Part shown: piece after piece, positions 21,974 to 31,027 of the stretch
Numbering within the stretch: position 1 is the stretch's first letter
How the letters are laid out: every line of letters starts with the position of its first letter
DNA from: Trichlorobacter lovleyi SZ
Lineage (GTDB): Bacteria; Desulfobacterota; Desulfuromonadia; Geobacterales; Pseudopelobacteraceae
Length of the DNA stretch: 32,000 nucleotides
Reading direction: 5' to 3'
Assembly: GCF_000020385.1 (NCBI RefSeq)
Contig: NC_010814.1
Span: forward strand, 3,150,001 to 3,182,000
Program-made: the position numbers and the translations under genes
Notes under the pieces: generated by a model
Seen by the model: the letters and a program-made list of their open reading frames with translations, nothing else
Databases searched by the model: none
What the model was told of the DNA's origin: nothing

Positions 21974-24406
21974 TTACTCTTCCTGGCCGTACTCCCACAA
22001 CAGGCGGCGCAGCTGCTCGGTTGTAATCGGTTTGGGCAGGTAGGCATCCATTCCGGCATCAAGAAAGCGCTGTTTGTCACCGATCATGGCATAGGCGGTC
22101 AGGGCAATGATCGGAATATGCCCGCCCTTTTCCGCCTCAGCGGCCCGGATAAGCGCTGTGGCCTGCACGCCATCCATCTCTGGCATCTGAATATCCATCA
22201 GGATCAGGTCAAACGGCTCCTCCTGCCAGGCCTGCACGGCCTTGCGGCCGGTATCGGCAAAGCGCACCCGGTGCCCTTCCATCCGCAGAATCGCCTCCAT
22301 CATCTTGCAGTTCACCACAGAGTCCTCTGCCACCAGAATCCGCAGGCGTCGACAGATTTTCTGCCCTTCGTCACGGGCGGCGCTATCAAGCTCTGATGTC
22401 ACCCTTTTGCTGATCTGACAGGGGATGCTACAGGTAAAGGTACTCCCTTCACCGATCCGGCTCTCAACCTTGATACTGCCTCCCAGCATCTCAGCCAGGT
22501 GCCGGGAGATCGCCAGGCCGAGCCCGGTACCGCCGAACTTGCGGGTGGTGGAGAGATCTTCCTGCACAAAGGGGCTGAAGACCCGTTCAATATTTTCGGC
22601 CAGAATACCTTTGCCGGAATCCGAGACAATCAGATCCAGCTGTACCGTACTGTCATCAAGGGTGCTGCCGGTCAGTCGCAGCCGGATGGTACCCTGCTCC
22701 GTAAACTTGAGGGCATTCGACAGCAGGTTAACGCCGATCTGCTGTATCCGGGCCGGATCTGACAGCAGGAGGCCCGGCAGACTCGCCCCGAGCGAGACAT
22801 CAAAGCGCAGCCCTTTCTCCCTCACAATCGCCCCGAACATCCGCTCAAGCTGATTGATCAACATGCGCGGGTCAAAGGGAACCGTAACGATCTCCAGCTT
22901 GCCCGCCTCGATCTTGGAGATATCAAGCACATCACTGATGATATCCAGCAGGTTATTCGCAGCCGCCATGGAATCCTTGGCCAGCTCCTTCAACTCCCCG
23001 GCATCCAGGCGCTCCACCAACAGTGAGTTAATGCCGATAATGGCATTCAAGGGGGTACGGATCTCATGGCTCATGTTGGCCAGAAAGAGGCTCTTTGCCT
23101 CATTGGCCCCTTCTGCCGCCTGACGGGCCTGCACCAGATCCTGCTGATTCTGGCGCAGCGCATTTTCCGCGTCTATGCGAGCCGTGATATCAATGCCGAC
23201 ACTCAACATCTCAAGCACCTGGCCCTGATCATCACAAACCGGACGATTATTCCAGGAAATCCAGACCAGACTGCCATCCCTACGCATATTCTGATTCAGG
23301 TTGACCCGGTACTGATCGGTATGTATGAAGATATCAGCCAGCAGCTGATGCAGGTCACGACCGTCCACCTGGTTGTGCGGCACAATGGTCTGAAACAACG
23401 ATTCGCCGATTAGCTCAGACGACTCATAGCCAAAAAAACGGGCACCGTAATCATTAACAAAAATGATCAAACCATCCCGTTTCCAGCGGAGAATGATACT
23501 GTCAGACCCCTGCACCAGCTCGCGATAGTTCCGTTCACTCTCCCGCAGTTCACGGGTCTTGCGGGCAATGATCCTGCGCAGGCCCCGGTTCCAGAACAAC
23601 AGCAGCAGTGCTATCAGCGCCACACCGCCCAGTACCCACCAAAGCCAGACATAATTGCTGCCGTACCGTGCTGCAGAGCCATACCAGCTCTGTTCGATCC
23701 GCTTAAACTCAGTCGGCGTTATGGCGTCGAACCCTTTTTCCACCAGCTGTAATGTAGCCGTGTTCCCTTTGAGTACGGCGCGATGGAACTGGCCGCTATG
23801 CAACGGCTCAGTCTGTTTAAAGCGATCCGCAATACCCATTTTGTAGAGAAAATATGACGCGGGGGGCTGATCCGCAGAAAAGACCGAAACCTTGCCTTCT
23901 TTGGCAGCATGTATGATCGCCTCATAGCTGGGGTAGGTGACAAGAGCATCAATACCATGTTGTTTCAGAAAACCGATGATTGCACCGCCTTCCTTGACTG
24001 CGACGGTGAACCCTTTCAACGAGTTCACATCTTTAATGCCGCTGATAGCACGACTGAAATAGATCGGCTGATCTATCTTCTGGTAGGGTTTGCTAAAATC
24101 ATACTTCAGGCTGCGTTCTTCTGTTTTAAAGATGGTATCAATAACATCAAACTCTCCGGCCTGCATCCGCTTCTGGGCAACGGCCCAATCCATGGCGTTC
24201 AGCTCTGCATGCACACCGGTTTTCTGTTCCCAGATCTGCCACTGATCAACCAGAATGCCTTGCAGAGCGCCATCCGCCGACCTGAAGATAAAGGGAGGGT
24301 AGTTGTCATCCATGACGACCCGGATAACCTGCTGCTGCCCCCGGCAGAGGCAGGGCAGTACCAGCAGCACCAGCAAACCGCACAACAGACTACGTAGGGC
24401 CTTCAT
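21974..24406 (-). CDS. hybrid sensor histidine kinase with N-terminal periplasmic SBP_bac_3 domain (SBP-TM-PAS-HisKA-HATPase_c-REC)
   Basis: Signal/TM, then IRVVMDDNYPPFIF..YDFSKPY (family-3 binding domain), then TM, PAS, H-box MSHEIRTPLNAIIG, GGTGLGLAISRHL, and REC DLILMDIQMPEMDG. Confidence 0.92.
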   Translation of the reverse strand: MKALRSLLCGLLVLLVLPCLCRGQQQVIRVVMDDNYPPFIFRSADGALQGILVDQWQIWEQKTGVHAELNAMDWAVAQKRMQAGEFDVIDTIFKTEERSLKYDFSKPYQKIDQPIYFSRAISGIKDVNSLKGFTVAVKEGGAIIGFLKQHGIDALVTYPSYEAIIHAAKEGKVSVFSADQPPASYFLYKMGIADRFKQTEPLHSGQFHRAVLKGNTATLQLVEKGFDAITPTEFKRIEQSWYGSAARYGSNYVWLWWVLGGVALIALLLLFWNRGLRRIIARKTRELRESERNYRELVQGSDSIILRWKRDGLIIFVNDYGARFFGYESSELIGESLFQTIVPHNQVDGRDLHQLLADIFIHTDQYRVNLNQNMRRDGSLVWISWNNRPVCDDQGQVLEMLSVGIDITARIDAENALRQNQQDLVQARQAAEGANEAKSLFLANMSHEIRTPLNAIIGINSLLVERLDAGELKELAKDSMAAANNLLDIISDVLDISKIEAGKLEIVTVPFDPRMLINQLERMFGAIVREKGLRFDVSLGASLPGLLLSDPARIQQIGVNLLSNALKFTEQGTIRLRLTGSTLDDSTVQLDLIVSDSGKGILAENIERVFSPFVQEDLSTTRKFGGTGLGLAISRHLAEMLGGSIKVESRIGEGSTFTCSIPCQISKRVTSELDSAARDEGQKICRRLRILVAEDSVVNCKMMEAILRMEGHRVRFADTGRKAVQAWQEEPFDLILMDIQMPEMDGVQATALIRAAEAEKGGHIPIIALTAYAMIGDKQRFLDAGMDAYLPKPITTEQLRRLLWEYGQEE

Positions 24407-25269
24407 GACTGCACCTCACCTGCAGCAACAACCTCAGCACCAGCAAAGCCACCCTGCTGATGACAACGGACCAGCTCAAATCCCAGCAGCACCACCAGCC
24501 AGCTGGTGTAGATCCAGATCAGCAGGAACGGCAGCAACGACAGGGCCCCGTAGATGGCATTGTAACGTGTCACACCAAACTGAAAGCGGAAATAGACCCA
24601 GTGGGCAAGCTGCCAGCAGGCGCCGGCGGCAACACCTCCCGTCAGTGCCGAGGCAAGTCTGACTTTTACGCCGGGCAGCAGCAGATACACCAATACCAGC
24701 ACCAGAGAACTGCACAAGAAGGGGGTTAACCTGAAGAGCAGCAGCACCCCATCTCCGAATCTGGTGTTGTTGATCAGCCACTGTACCAGCCATTGGCTCT
24801 GGAGCAGCGAAGTCATGCCGATTGCCGTGGTCAGCAACAGCGGTACTGCCGCAAGGACCAGCAGATAGTCCAGGCCGCGGCGCAGCAGGCTGCGTTGTTC
24901 AGCAGCACCCCAGATTGCGTTAAACGCCTCCCGGATGCTCTCCAGCAGAAACAACAGGGTAAAAACCAGTAACAGGGTACTGAAAGAGCCAAGCCCGGCA
25001 ACTCTGGTATTGCGTACATACTCATGGACTTTGGCAGCAATGACACTGGAGTTGCCGGTCAGTTGCTGCAGTATGAACGGCTCAAGCAGTTCCTGCACAC
25101 CGACCGTTTGCAGAATCACAAAGATAAGCGCCAGTACCGGCACCAACGCCAGGGTTGTGTCAAATGAAAGGGCAGAGGCACGTAACATGCCCTGGTGGCG
25201 GCCAAAGCGCTGCCACACGGCATGGATCGTCCTGATGCCTGCGTGCCAAGTGGGGGGAAACACTGTCAC
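24403..25269 (-). CDS. YihY/BrkB-family inner-membrane protein
   Basis: GTG start. ASALSFDTTLALVPVLALIFV is followed by about 6 TM segments, including YNAIYGALSLLPFLLIWIY. ATGA overlap with the downstream kinase gene. Confidence 0.8.
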   Translation of the reverse strand: MTVFPPTWHAGIRTIHAVWQRFGRHQGMLRASALSFDTTLALVPVLALIFVILQTVGVQELLEPFILQQLTGNSSVIAAKVHEYVRNTRVAGLGSFSTLLLVFTLLFLLESIREAFNAIWGAAEQRSLLRRGLDYLLVLAAVPLLLTTAIGMTSLLQSQWLVQWLINNTRFGDGVLLLFRLTPFLCSSLVLVLVYLLLPGVKVRLASALTGGVAAGACWQLAHWVYFRFQFGVTRYNAIYGALSLLPFLLIWIYTSWLVVLLGFELVRCHQQGGFAGAEVVAAGEVQS

Positions 25270-25270
25270 C

Positions 25271-25786
25271 CTAGAGCAAGGTCTTTACCGCATCCAGCAC
25301 AGCTGCATAATCAGGTTCGCTGGTTACTTCCGGCACCTGCTGGATATACCGGATAATTCCCTCGGCATCCACGACAAAGATACAGCGGGAAAGCAGCAGC
25401 AACTCTTTGATCAGCACCCCGTAGTTCAGACCGAAAGAACGGTCACGGTAGTCGGACAGGGTAATCACCCGGTCAATTCCGGCAGCTCCGCACCAGCGTT
25501 TCTGGGCAAAGGGCAGATCAAGACTGATGGTCAGTACCACAACATTTTCAGGCAGGCCGGCTGCTTCCTGGTTAAAGCGGCGGGTCTCGGTATCACAGAC
25601 CGGGGTATCAAGCGACGGAACAGCGCTGAGCACCCTGATCTTCCCGGCATGGCTGTTCAGACTGACCGGGGCAAGGGTAGTGTCAACCGTCAAAAAGTCA
25701 GGAGCCTTGTCACCGACCTTCAGCTCCGGTCCCAGCAGGGTCATCGGGTTGCCCTTAAAGGTGATGCTGCCGCTGCGCTCATTCAT
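25271..25786 (-). CDS. tpx: thiol peroxidase Tpx
   Basis: AAGGAGGA RBS. FKGNPMTLLG..VGDKAPDF..SAVPSLDTPVCDTETRRFN is the Tpx peroxidatic Cys context. A resolving Cys lies in QKRWCGA. Confidence 0.92.
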   Translation of the reverse strand: MNERSGSITFKGNPMTLLGPELKVGDKAPDFLTVDTTLAPVSLNSHAGKIRVLSAVPSLDTPVCDTETRRFNQEAAGLPENVVVLTISLDLPFAQKRWCGAAGIDRVITLSDYRDRSFGLNYGVLIKELLLLSRCIFVVDAEGIIRYIQQVPEVTSEPDYAAVLDAVKTLL

Positions 25787-25964
25787 GGCGTTGTTCCTCC
25801 TTGGTCCATAGTTTGGAATAGTTCACGGCAAGCATACTTTTGAGTGGCAGGATGTCAAGCCGTTTCAACGAAAATGAACGGGTTTGACCTGTATCAAGGA
25901 GTTGTCGTCAGCAGGGTGATATGGTGAACATCATCACAGCAAAACAAATCTATGGAGGCATCAG

Positions 25965-26297
25965 ATGAATACCACTCAACAAACCATTATCGGACAGCCA
26001 TTCAACATGAACGACCAGGTGACCTACCAGCCCGGCTCAGTGGTCAGCCGTACCCTGATTGACAAGAAGATCGGCACCCTGACCCTGTTTGCCTTTGATG
26101 CCGGACAGGGGCTTTCAGAGCACACCGCCCCCTTTGATGCCGTGGTTGAAGTGCTGGACGGGACCGCCGCCATTACCATCGACGGTACACTGCATCAGGT
26201 GGCTGCCGGACAGATGATCATCATGCCGGCCAACCTGCCGCACTCGCTCAAGGCCGAGGTGCCGTTCAAGATGCTGCTGGTGATGATCAGGGCCTAG
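25965..26297 (+). CDS. cupin-domain protein (110 aa)
   Basis: GGAGG RBS. GQGLSEHTAPFDAVVEVLDGTAAITIDG..MIIMPANLPHSL shows the cupin_2 pattern. Confidence 0.8.
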   Translation: MNTTQQTIIGQPFNMNDQVTYQPGSVVSRTLIDKKIGTLTLFAFDAGQGLSEHTAPFDAVVEVLDGTAAITIDGTLHQVAAGQMIIMPANLPHSLKAEVPFKMLLVMIRA

Positions 26298-26320
26298 ACG
26301 GTACCGCAAACAGAAGCCTT

Positions 26321-27949
26321 CTATACCCTGAACTGCCGCACCAGGGCCTGCAGCGCTTCTGCCTGATGTGCCAGACCGGCTGCAGCCCCGGCAGCTTCAT
26401 GAGCACCATGTGATGTCTGGTTCACCACCTGATTGATTTGATTGATGTTATTGGTGATTTCGCTGGTGGTAGCGGTCTGTTCTTCTGCTGCCGTAGCGAT
26501 CTGACTGACCTGCATGGTCACGGCATTCACCTGTTCAAGGATCTCATTCAGGGCGGTCTCCAGCTGGATAGCTTCAGTAACCCCCTGTTCGGTGCCTCTC
26601 ACCCCTTCCTCCATGGAGACGATGGCCTGCCTGGTCTCATGCTGGATGGCACGGATCATCTCGCTGATCTCCTTGGTGGCACGGGTGGTACGTTCTGCCA
26701 GGGCGCGGACTTCATCGGCAACCACGGCAAAGCCGCGGCCCATTTCACCAGCCCGGGCGGCCTCAATGGCAGCATTCAGGGCCAGCAGGTTGGTCTGATC
26801 AGCAATATCTTCAATGGTTGAGACGATGGCACCGATCTGATCGGAGCGAGCTCCCAGCGATTCAACCAGTTTTGCATTGGCCTTGGTTCCTTCACCGCGC
26901 TGGCGAATGCCGTCAACGGTATGCCTGACCACATCAAACCCTTTTTGGGTGGTGTCTGCGGCATGCTGGGCGCTGTCTGCCGCCATATGACAGTTGTTGG
27001 CAATATCAGAGGAGGTGGCTGACATCTCTTCACTGGCGGTTGCCACAGTGCCGGCCTGGGCAGCGACCTCCTCGGTACCGGTGGACATCTGCTCGGCAGT
27101 GACCCGCAGCTGGCCGGAGGCGGACAGCAGCTGTGCCGATGTCTCGGTAAGACGCCCAATCAAGTGGCGCAGGTTTGATGTCATGGTATTGAAGGCGCCG
27201 CTCAGCTGACCGACCTCATCACTGGAATTCTGATCAACTGTGACATTCAGATCCCCCCCGGCAATCTGTTCCGCCTTACGGGTCAGGTCCTGCAACGGCG
27301 CACTGATCAGACGGGCGATGACAACCGCCTCGATCAGACCGGCAATGATACAGACAACCAGCGCGACCATAACCCAGGTACGGGATGCGACACTGAGGGA
27401 AACCATGGCAGAACTTTCCTTGACCGTCTGCTTGACCTGTGCCGCCATGATCGCCTCAATGGCCTTCAGGGCCCGATTAAAATTCTTGCTGGAGGCACCA
27501 CGAACAAGCTCACTGGCCTCAATATCTTTATTTTCCAAGGCCAGGGCAACAATCTTGGGATTTTCCGCCAGATACAAAGGAAGCGCTTCAGCAAATTCTG
27601 CATAGGCCTTTTTCTCGGCATCCGAATCCATCAGTTTTTCATAGACCAGTTGTTCGCTTTTCAGCTTTTCCAGCATCTCACTGTTACGCTTGACGTACTT
27701 TTCAATATCCTCTTTCTTTTCCGACAGAACCTCCAGCAACTCGCCCCGGCGATAACTGCCGAAGTAGTCACTGATCCGGGAGATGGAGAGCAACCCCGGT
27801 AACTGCACCTTTGCCATATCCTGTGAGGAGGCGCTGATGGTACTGAGCCTGAGGATCATGAAAAAACCCAAGGCTGCCATAAGGGTCAGAATAAACAGGA
27901 ACGAGACAACCAGTTTGGTGCTGATCTTGAAGTTTCTGAACCATTGCAT
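26321..27949 (-). CDS. methyl-accepting chemotaxis protein (4-helix-bundle sensor, HAMP, MCP signalling domain)
   Basis: Start moved to ATG 27949 (GGGAGGTG upstream). The highly conserved hairpin tip is [40 protein letters not shown]. Confidence 0.92.
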   Translation of the reverse strand: MQWFRNFKISTKLVVSFLFILTLMAALGFFMILRLSTISASSQDMAKVQLPGLLSISRISDYFGSYRRGELLEVLSEKKEDIEKYVKRNSEMLEKLKSEQLVYEKLMDSDAEKKAYAEFAEALPLYLAENPKIVALALENKDIEASELVRGASSKNFNRALKAIEAIMAAQVKQTVKESSAMVSLSVASRTWVMVALVVCIIAGLIEAVVIARLISAPLQDLTRKAEQIAGGDLNVTVDQNSSDEVGQLSGAFNTMTSNLRHLIGRLTETSAQLLSASGQLRVTAEQMSTGTEEVAAQAGTVATASEEMSATSSDIANNCHMAADSAQHAADTTQKGFDVVRHTVDGIRQRGEGTKANAKLVESLGARSDQIGAIVSTIEDIADQTNLLALNAAIEAARAGEMGRGFAVVADEVRALAERTTRATKEISEMIRAIQHETRQAIVSMEEGVRGTEQGVTEAIQLETALNEILEQVNAVTMQVSQIATAAEEQTATTSEITNNINQINQVVNQTSHGAHEAAGAAAGLAHQAEALQALVRQFRV

Positions 27950-28053
27950 CGCGACACCTCCCAAAATCTGTAATGGGACCACGTATCAAAGCGTTTCAAG
28001 CGTACCAGACACCGGAATATATACAAGCTCTGCCAGGTAAAAAATCACGGCTG

Positions 28054-28659
28054 CTACCGGCAGATTATGTCGTTTTTCTGCATCACCTTGATCTCACCGC
28101 TATCCATGTCATACATCCAGCCATGGATGGTCAGTTTGCCGTCCAGCATGGCCCGCCGTACAAAGGGATATTCGTGCAGGTGTTCCAGTTGCAGCCGGAC
28201 GTTTTCCTCCTCTATCAGGCGTCGCCGCTGCTCGTCCGTCACCTGTAAACGCAGTGAACGCAACTTGTCATCCACCCGCTCCAGCGCCTTGTAGGCATTA
28301 TTCAGCCAGATCGGAATATAACGGTCATCCGGGCTTTCATTGACCAGGGCATTGATGCCGCCGCAGTTGTAATGCCCGCAGACCACGACATCAGGGATAT
28401 TCAGGTGATTGATGGTAAACTCCAGCACTGCAGAAAGGTTCCAGTCGTTGGTGGCCACAATATTGCCCACATTACGGTGGACAAACACCTCCCCCGGCCT
28501 GGTCTGGGTAATGGTGTTGACCGGCACCCTGGAATCGGAACAGCCGATCCAGAGTACCGTTGGGCGCTGATGCTTGGACAGTTCGGCAAAGTAGTCTTTC
28601 TCCCGGTCAAACACATCGGAGACAAAACGCTTGTTGCCTTCCAGCAGGGTGGTGATCAT
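28054..28659 (-). CDS. beta-class carbonic anhydrase
   Basis: GGGAGG RBS. The zinc-ligand motifs are GCSDSRV and VVCGHYNCGG. Confidence 0.9.
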   Translation of the reverse strand: MITTLLEGNKRFVSDVFDREKDYFAELSKHQRPTVLWIGCSDSRVPVNTITQTRPGEVFVHRNVGNIVATNDWNLSAVLEFTINHLNIPDVVVCGHYNCGGINALVNESPDDRYIPIWLNNAYKALERVDDKLRSLRLQVTDEQRRRLIEEENVRLQLEHLHEYPFVRRAMLDGKLTIHGWMYDMDSGEIKVMQKNDIICR

Positions 28660-28686
28660 GGCCGTACCTCCCGTGGAATGTGGGGG

Positions 28687-29256
28687 TTACTTCACCAGCT
28701 TGGAAAGTTTTTTGAATGAATCGGTACCGGCTGCCTTGAGCCACTGAAACAGCACCGATTCGGTGCAGGTAATTACGGCCCCGGCCTGTTGCATCATCCC
28801 TGTTGCCAGCTGTTTATTCTGTTCAGAGCGGCTCATGACGGCATCCTGCACCAGATGTACGACATAGCCGGCATCAAGCAGTTCAACCGCCGTCTGCAGC
28901 ACGCAGACATGGGTCTCCATGCCGGTCATCACAATCTGCCTACGCCCGCTGTTTCTAATCGCTTCAACAAAATCACTGCAACCACAGCAACTGAAGGTCA
29001 TTTTCTCAAGACGGGGGGCAGCGGCAGCCTTTTCCTGCAATTCCGTCAGGGTCTCGCCCAACCCCTTGACATACTGCTCCGTGATCACAACCGGCACCTG
29101 CAGCTCTGCTGCAGACTCAAGCAGAATAGCTGTGTTCGCGGTCAGGTTGGCCAGCACCTGCGGGTCCATGGCCTTGCAAAGCCGCTCCTGCACATCAATC
29201 ACCACCAACACAGAATCTGCAGCATCAAGAAAGAAACGCTGTCGAATGGTTGTCAT
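28687..29256 (-). CDS. isochorismatase-family cysteine hydrolase
   Basis: AGGAGG RBS. It has VLVVIDVQ and the catalytic Cys context GMETHVCVLQTA. Confidence 0.85.
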   Translation of the reverse strand: MTTIRQRFFLDAADSVLVVIDVQERLCKAMDPQVLANLTANTAILLESAAELQVPVVITEQYVKGLGETLTELQEKAAAAPRLEKMTFSCCGCSDFVEAIRNSGRRQIVMTGMETHVCVLQTAVELLDAGYVVHLVQDAVMSRSEQNKQLATGMMQQAGAVITCTESVLFQWLKAAGTDSFKKLSKLVK

Positions 29257-29356
29257 ATCCGCCTCCTGTTTTTATAACCAAAGTATAGAGTTATTTCTTC
29301 AGTCACGCAAGGCATAGCTGGATACAAAACAGCAATGGGAAGAAATGGCGTTCTAT

Positions 29357-29680
29357 TTACTCCGGCACACAGGTACCGCCTTCGTCCTCTTGCTGCTCCT
29401 GAATCAACACAAACGGACTTACCACCAACATGGAGAACAGTTTGTCAGGCACGGTGTTCCAGGCTGCAACCTGTTCGGCAGTCGGCTTTGAGACAAGCCG
29501 TGACGCCAGCCAGGACTGCACGGCAGCAGCGTCATCCGCCACGAGCCGCTCCCCCACCACAGCCAGTTCCAACATCCCCTCAACCAGTATCAAGGCCCCC
29601 CGTTCATTGTGGGCACGCAGCCACTGCCACTGGGCTGTATCGACCTGCGCCGCCAATCCTTGCATGGCGTCATCCTGCAT
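29357..29680 (-). CDS. DUF2288-family protein
   Basis: Start moved to ATG 29680 (GGAGG 9 nt upstream). VQSWLASRLVSKPTAEQVAAWN...LFSMLVVSPFVLIQE matches my recollection of the DUF2288 C-terminal signature. Confidence 0.6.
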   Translation of the reverse strand: MQDDAMQGLAAQVDTAQWQWLRAHNERGALILVEGMLELAVVGERLVADDAAAVQSWLASRLVSKPTAEQVAAWNTVPDKLFSMLVVSPFVLIQEQQEDEGGTCVPE

Positions 29681-29789
29681 AGAACATTTCCTCCCCCGGA
29701 CAAAATTACGGTTCAGCTCCATTTTGTTGCTTGAATCATGGCTGTTTTCTGCTTAAATGTGAAGACAAACCTTTTCCAAGGAGCCAGCC

Positions 29790-31013
29790 ATGGCCTTCTC
29801 AGGTGATCTGGAACACCTTTCCATAGTTGATGTGATCCAACTGCTGCATACGACCCGCAAAACCGGCACCCTGAAGGTACAGGGGCGCAAGGGGGAGATC
29901 TCGGTTGCCTTCAACGACGGCTATATCGTGGGAGCAAGCCATTATTCAAAGGGAGCCCTGATCGGTACGATTCTGCAGGAGGCCGGAGTAATCACGGCCG
30001 AAACCCTGCAACAGGCCCTGGCGATCCAGGAGCGGGCCGGTAAGGATCGCAAACCGCTGGTTGCAACACTGCTGGAGAATGGATTTGCTGATCGGGATGC
30101 CGCCTACCATGGCCTTGAAGCCTTGATTGAACTGGCGATCGTGGAGATGCTGACCTGGAAAAAAGGGAGCTTTGCCCTGCAAGTCGACGAGATACAGCTC
30201 TGTGACGAATTTCGCTATTTCCCCGACAAGTTACATCAGGAGATTACCCTGCCCACCGAGCATGTCCTGATGGATGCCTTGAGGATCTTTGACGAAAAGA
30301 TGCGGGACGGCCTGTTGACGATGGAAGACGAACCTGCTGAGCCGCCGGTTTCTGCTGCGGCAGAACAACCTGACAGCGCCACGGTTCTCTCGGCTGATGA
30401 TCTCGGCCTGGGCGATCTGGACACGGTCAAACGCAAGCTGCCTGCCTTCCATGAGGCACTGAAAGATCAGTCGTCCTCATCGGATCTGCTGCAATCCAAG
30501 TTCAACGCCGTACTGAAAGATACCAGTGCCAGCCTGCAGCAGGTGGGCAGCCTGCCGGAAACCGCCCGGATCCTGCTGGAAACGGTGGCAGCCCTGTTTC
30601 CCCGTGCCCTGACCCTAGTGGCCTGGGATACCGAACTGGTGGCAGAGCGGGGGATCGGCATCACCACCCCCCGGGATGCCGGTCCCGGGCCGGTCATGGG
30701 GTTCAAGATTCCGCTCAGTAGTGGCGCTCTGTTCAGTTTTATTCTTGACAAGGGACACCTTTTCTACGGTAAATCCGACGATCAGGCCTTGCAAGAATAT
30801 CTCTACCCGGTTATTGGCGCCCCGGCGGACAACACGATACTCCTGCTGCCGCTTAAACTGGGCAAACGGGTGGTCTCGCTGATTTACGCCGACTTCGGCA
30901 CCCAGCAGGCCGCAGAGGTGCCCACGGTTCAGCTGGAAGGTTGTGCCGAGCATGCCGGCATGGCTATTGAAAGCGCCCTGCTGCGTAAGCAGCAAACCAC
31001 GAAAACTACCTGA
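29790..31013 (+). CDS. DUF4388-domain protein with an MshEN/T2SSE_N-like helical insert and a GAF-like C-terminal domain
   Basis: AAGGAG RBS. GDLEHLSIVDVIQLLHTTRKTGTLKV..VAFNDGYIV...MLTWKKGSFAL is DUF4388-like. LIGTILQEAGVITAETLQQALAIQ is MshEN-motif-like. The C-terminal LLLPLKLGKRVVSLIYADF is GAF-like. Confidence 0.7.
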   Translation: MAFSGDLEHLSIVDVIQLLHTTRKTGTLKVQGRKGEISVAFNDGYIVGASHYSKGALIGTILQEAGVITAETLQQALAIQERAGKDRKPLVATLLENGFADRDAAYHGLEALIELAIVEMLTWKKGSFALQVDEIQLCDEFRYFPDKLHQEITLPTEHVLMDALRIFDEKMRDGLLTMEDEPAEPPVSAAAEQPDSATVLSADDLGLGDLDTVKRKLPAFHEALKDQSSSSDLLQSKFNAVLKDTSASLQQVGSLPETARILLETVAALFPRALTLVAWDTELVAERGIGITTPRDAGPGPVMGFKIPLSSGALFSFILDKGHLFYGKSDDQALQEYLYPVIGAPADNTILLLPLKLGKRVVSLIYADFGTQQAAEVPTVQLEGCAEHAGMAIESALLRKQQTTKTT

Positions 31014-31027
31014 CAGGGGAACATCAC

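Noticed and set aside
21815-22396. 193-aa ORF starting in a TGATG overlap with the preceding stop, with an extremely Arg-rich start (SRRRGTRRRRRIRS)
   Set aside because: The TGATG junction looked like translational coupling. But the ORF runs antisense through the REC domain of the hybrid kinase for about 420 nt (for example NIHQDQV opposite DLILMDI), with no stop that would give a plausible short product.
24935-25843. 302-aa plus-strand ORF spanning the yihY and tpx genes
   Set aside because: It crosses two independently supported minus-strand genes and their junction, and has no motifs or RBS.
25845-25860. Sigma-54-like TGGCAG-GATGT-CAAGC in the tpx/cupin divergent region
   Set aside because: The GC falls one position too late (GG-N11-GC), and there is no TTGC context.
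29739-29753. Sigma-54-like TGGCTG-N-TGCTT upstream of the DUF4388 gene
   Set aside because: The GG and GC are separated by 9 nt rather than 10, and one-nucleotide spacing changes normally abolish sigma-54 promoter function. A weak sigma-70-like TTGAAT-N16-TTAAAT (29731-29758) overlaps it but is also unconvincing.
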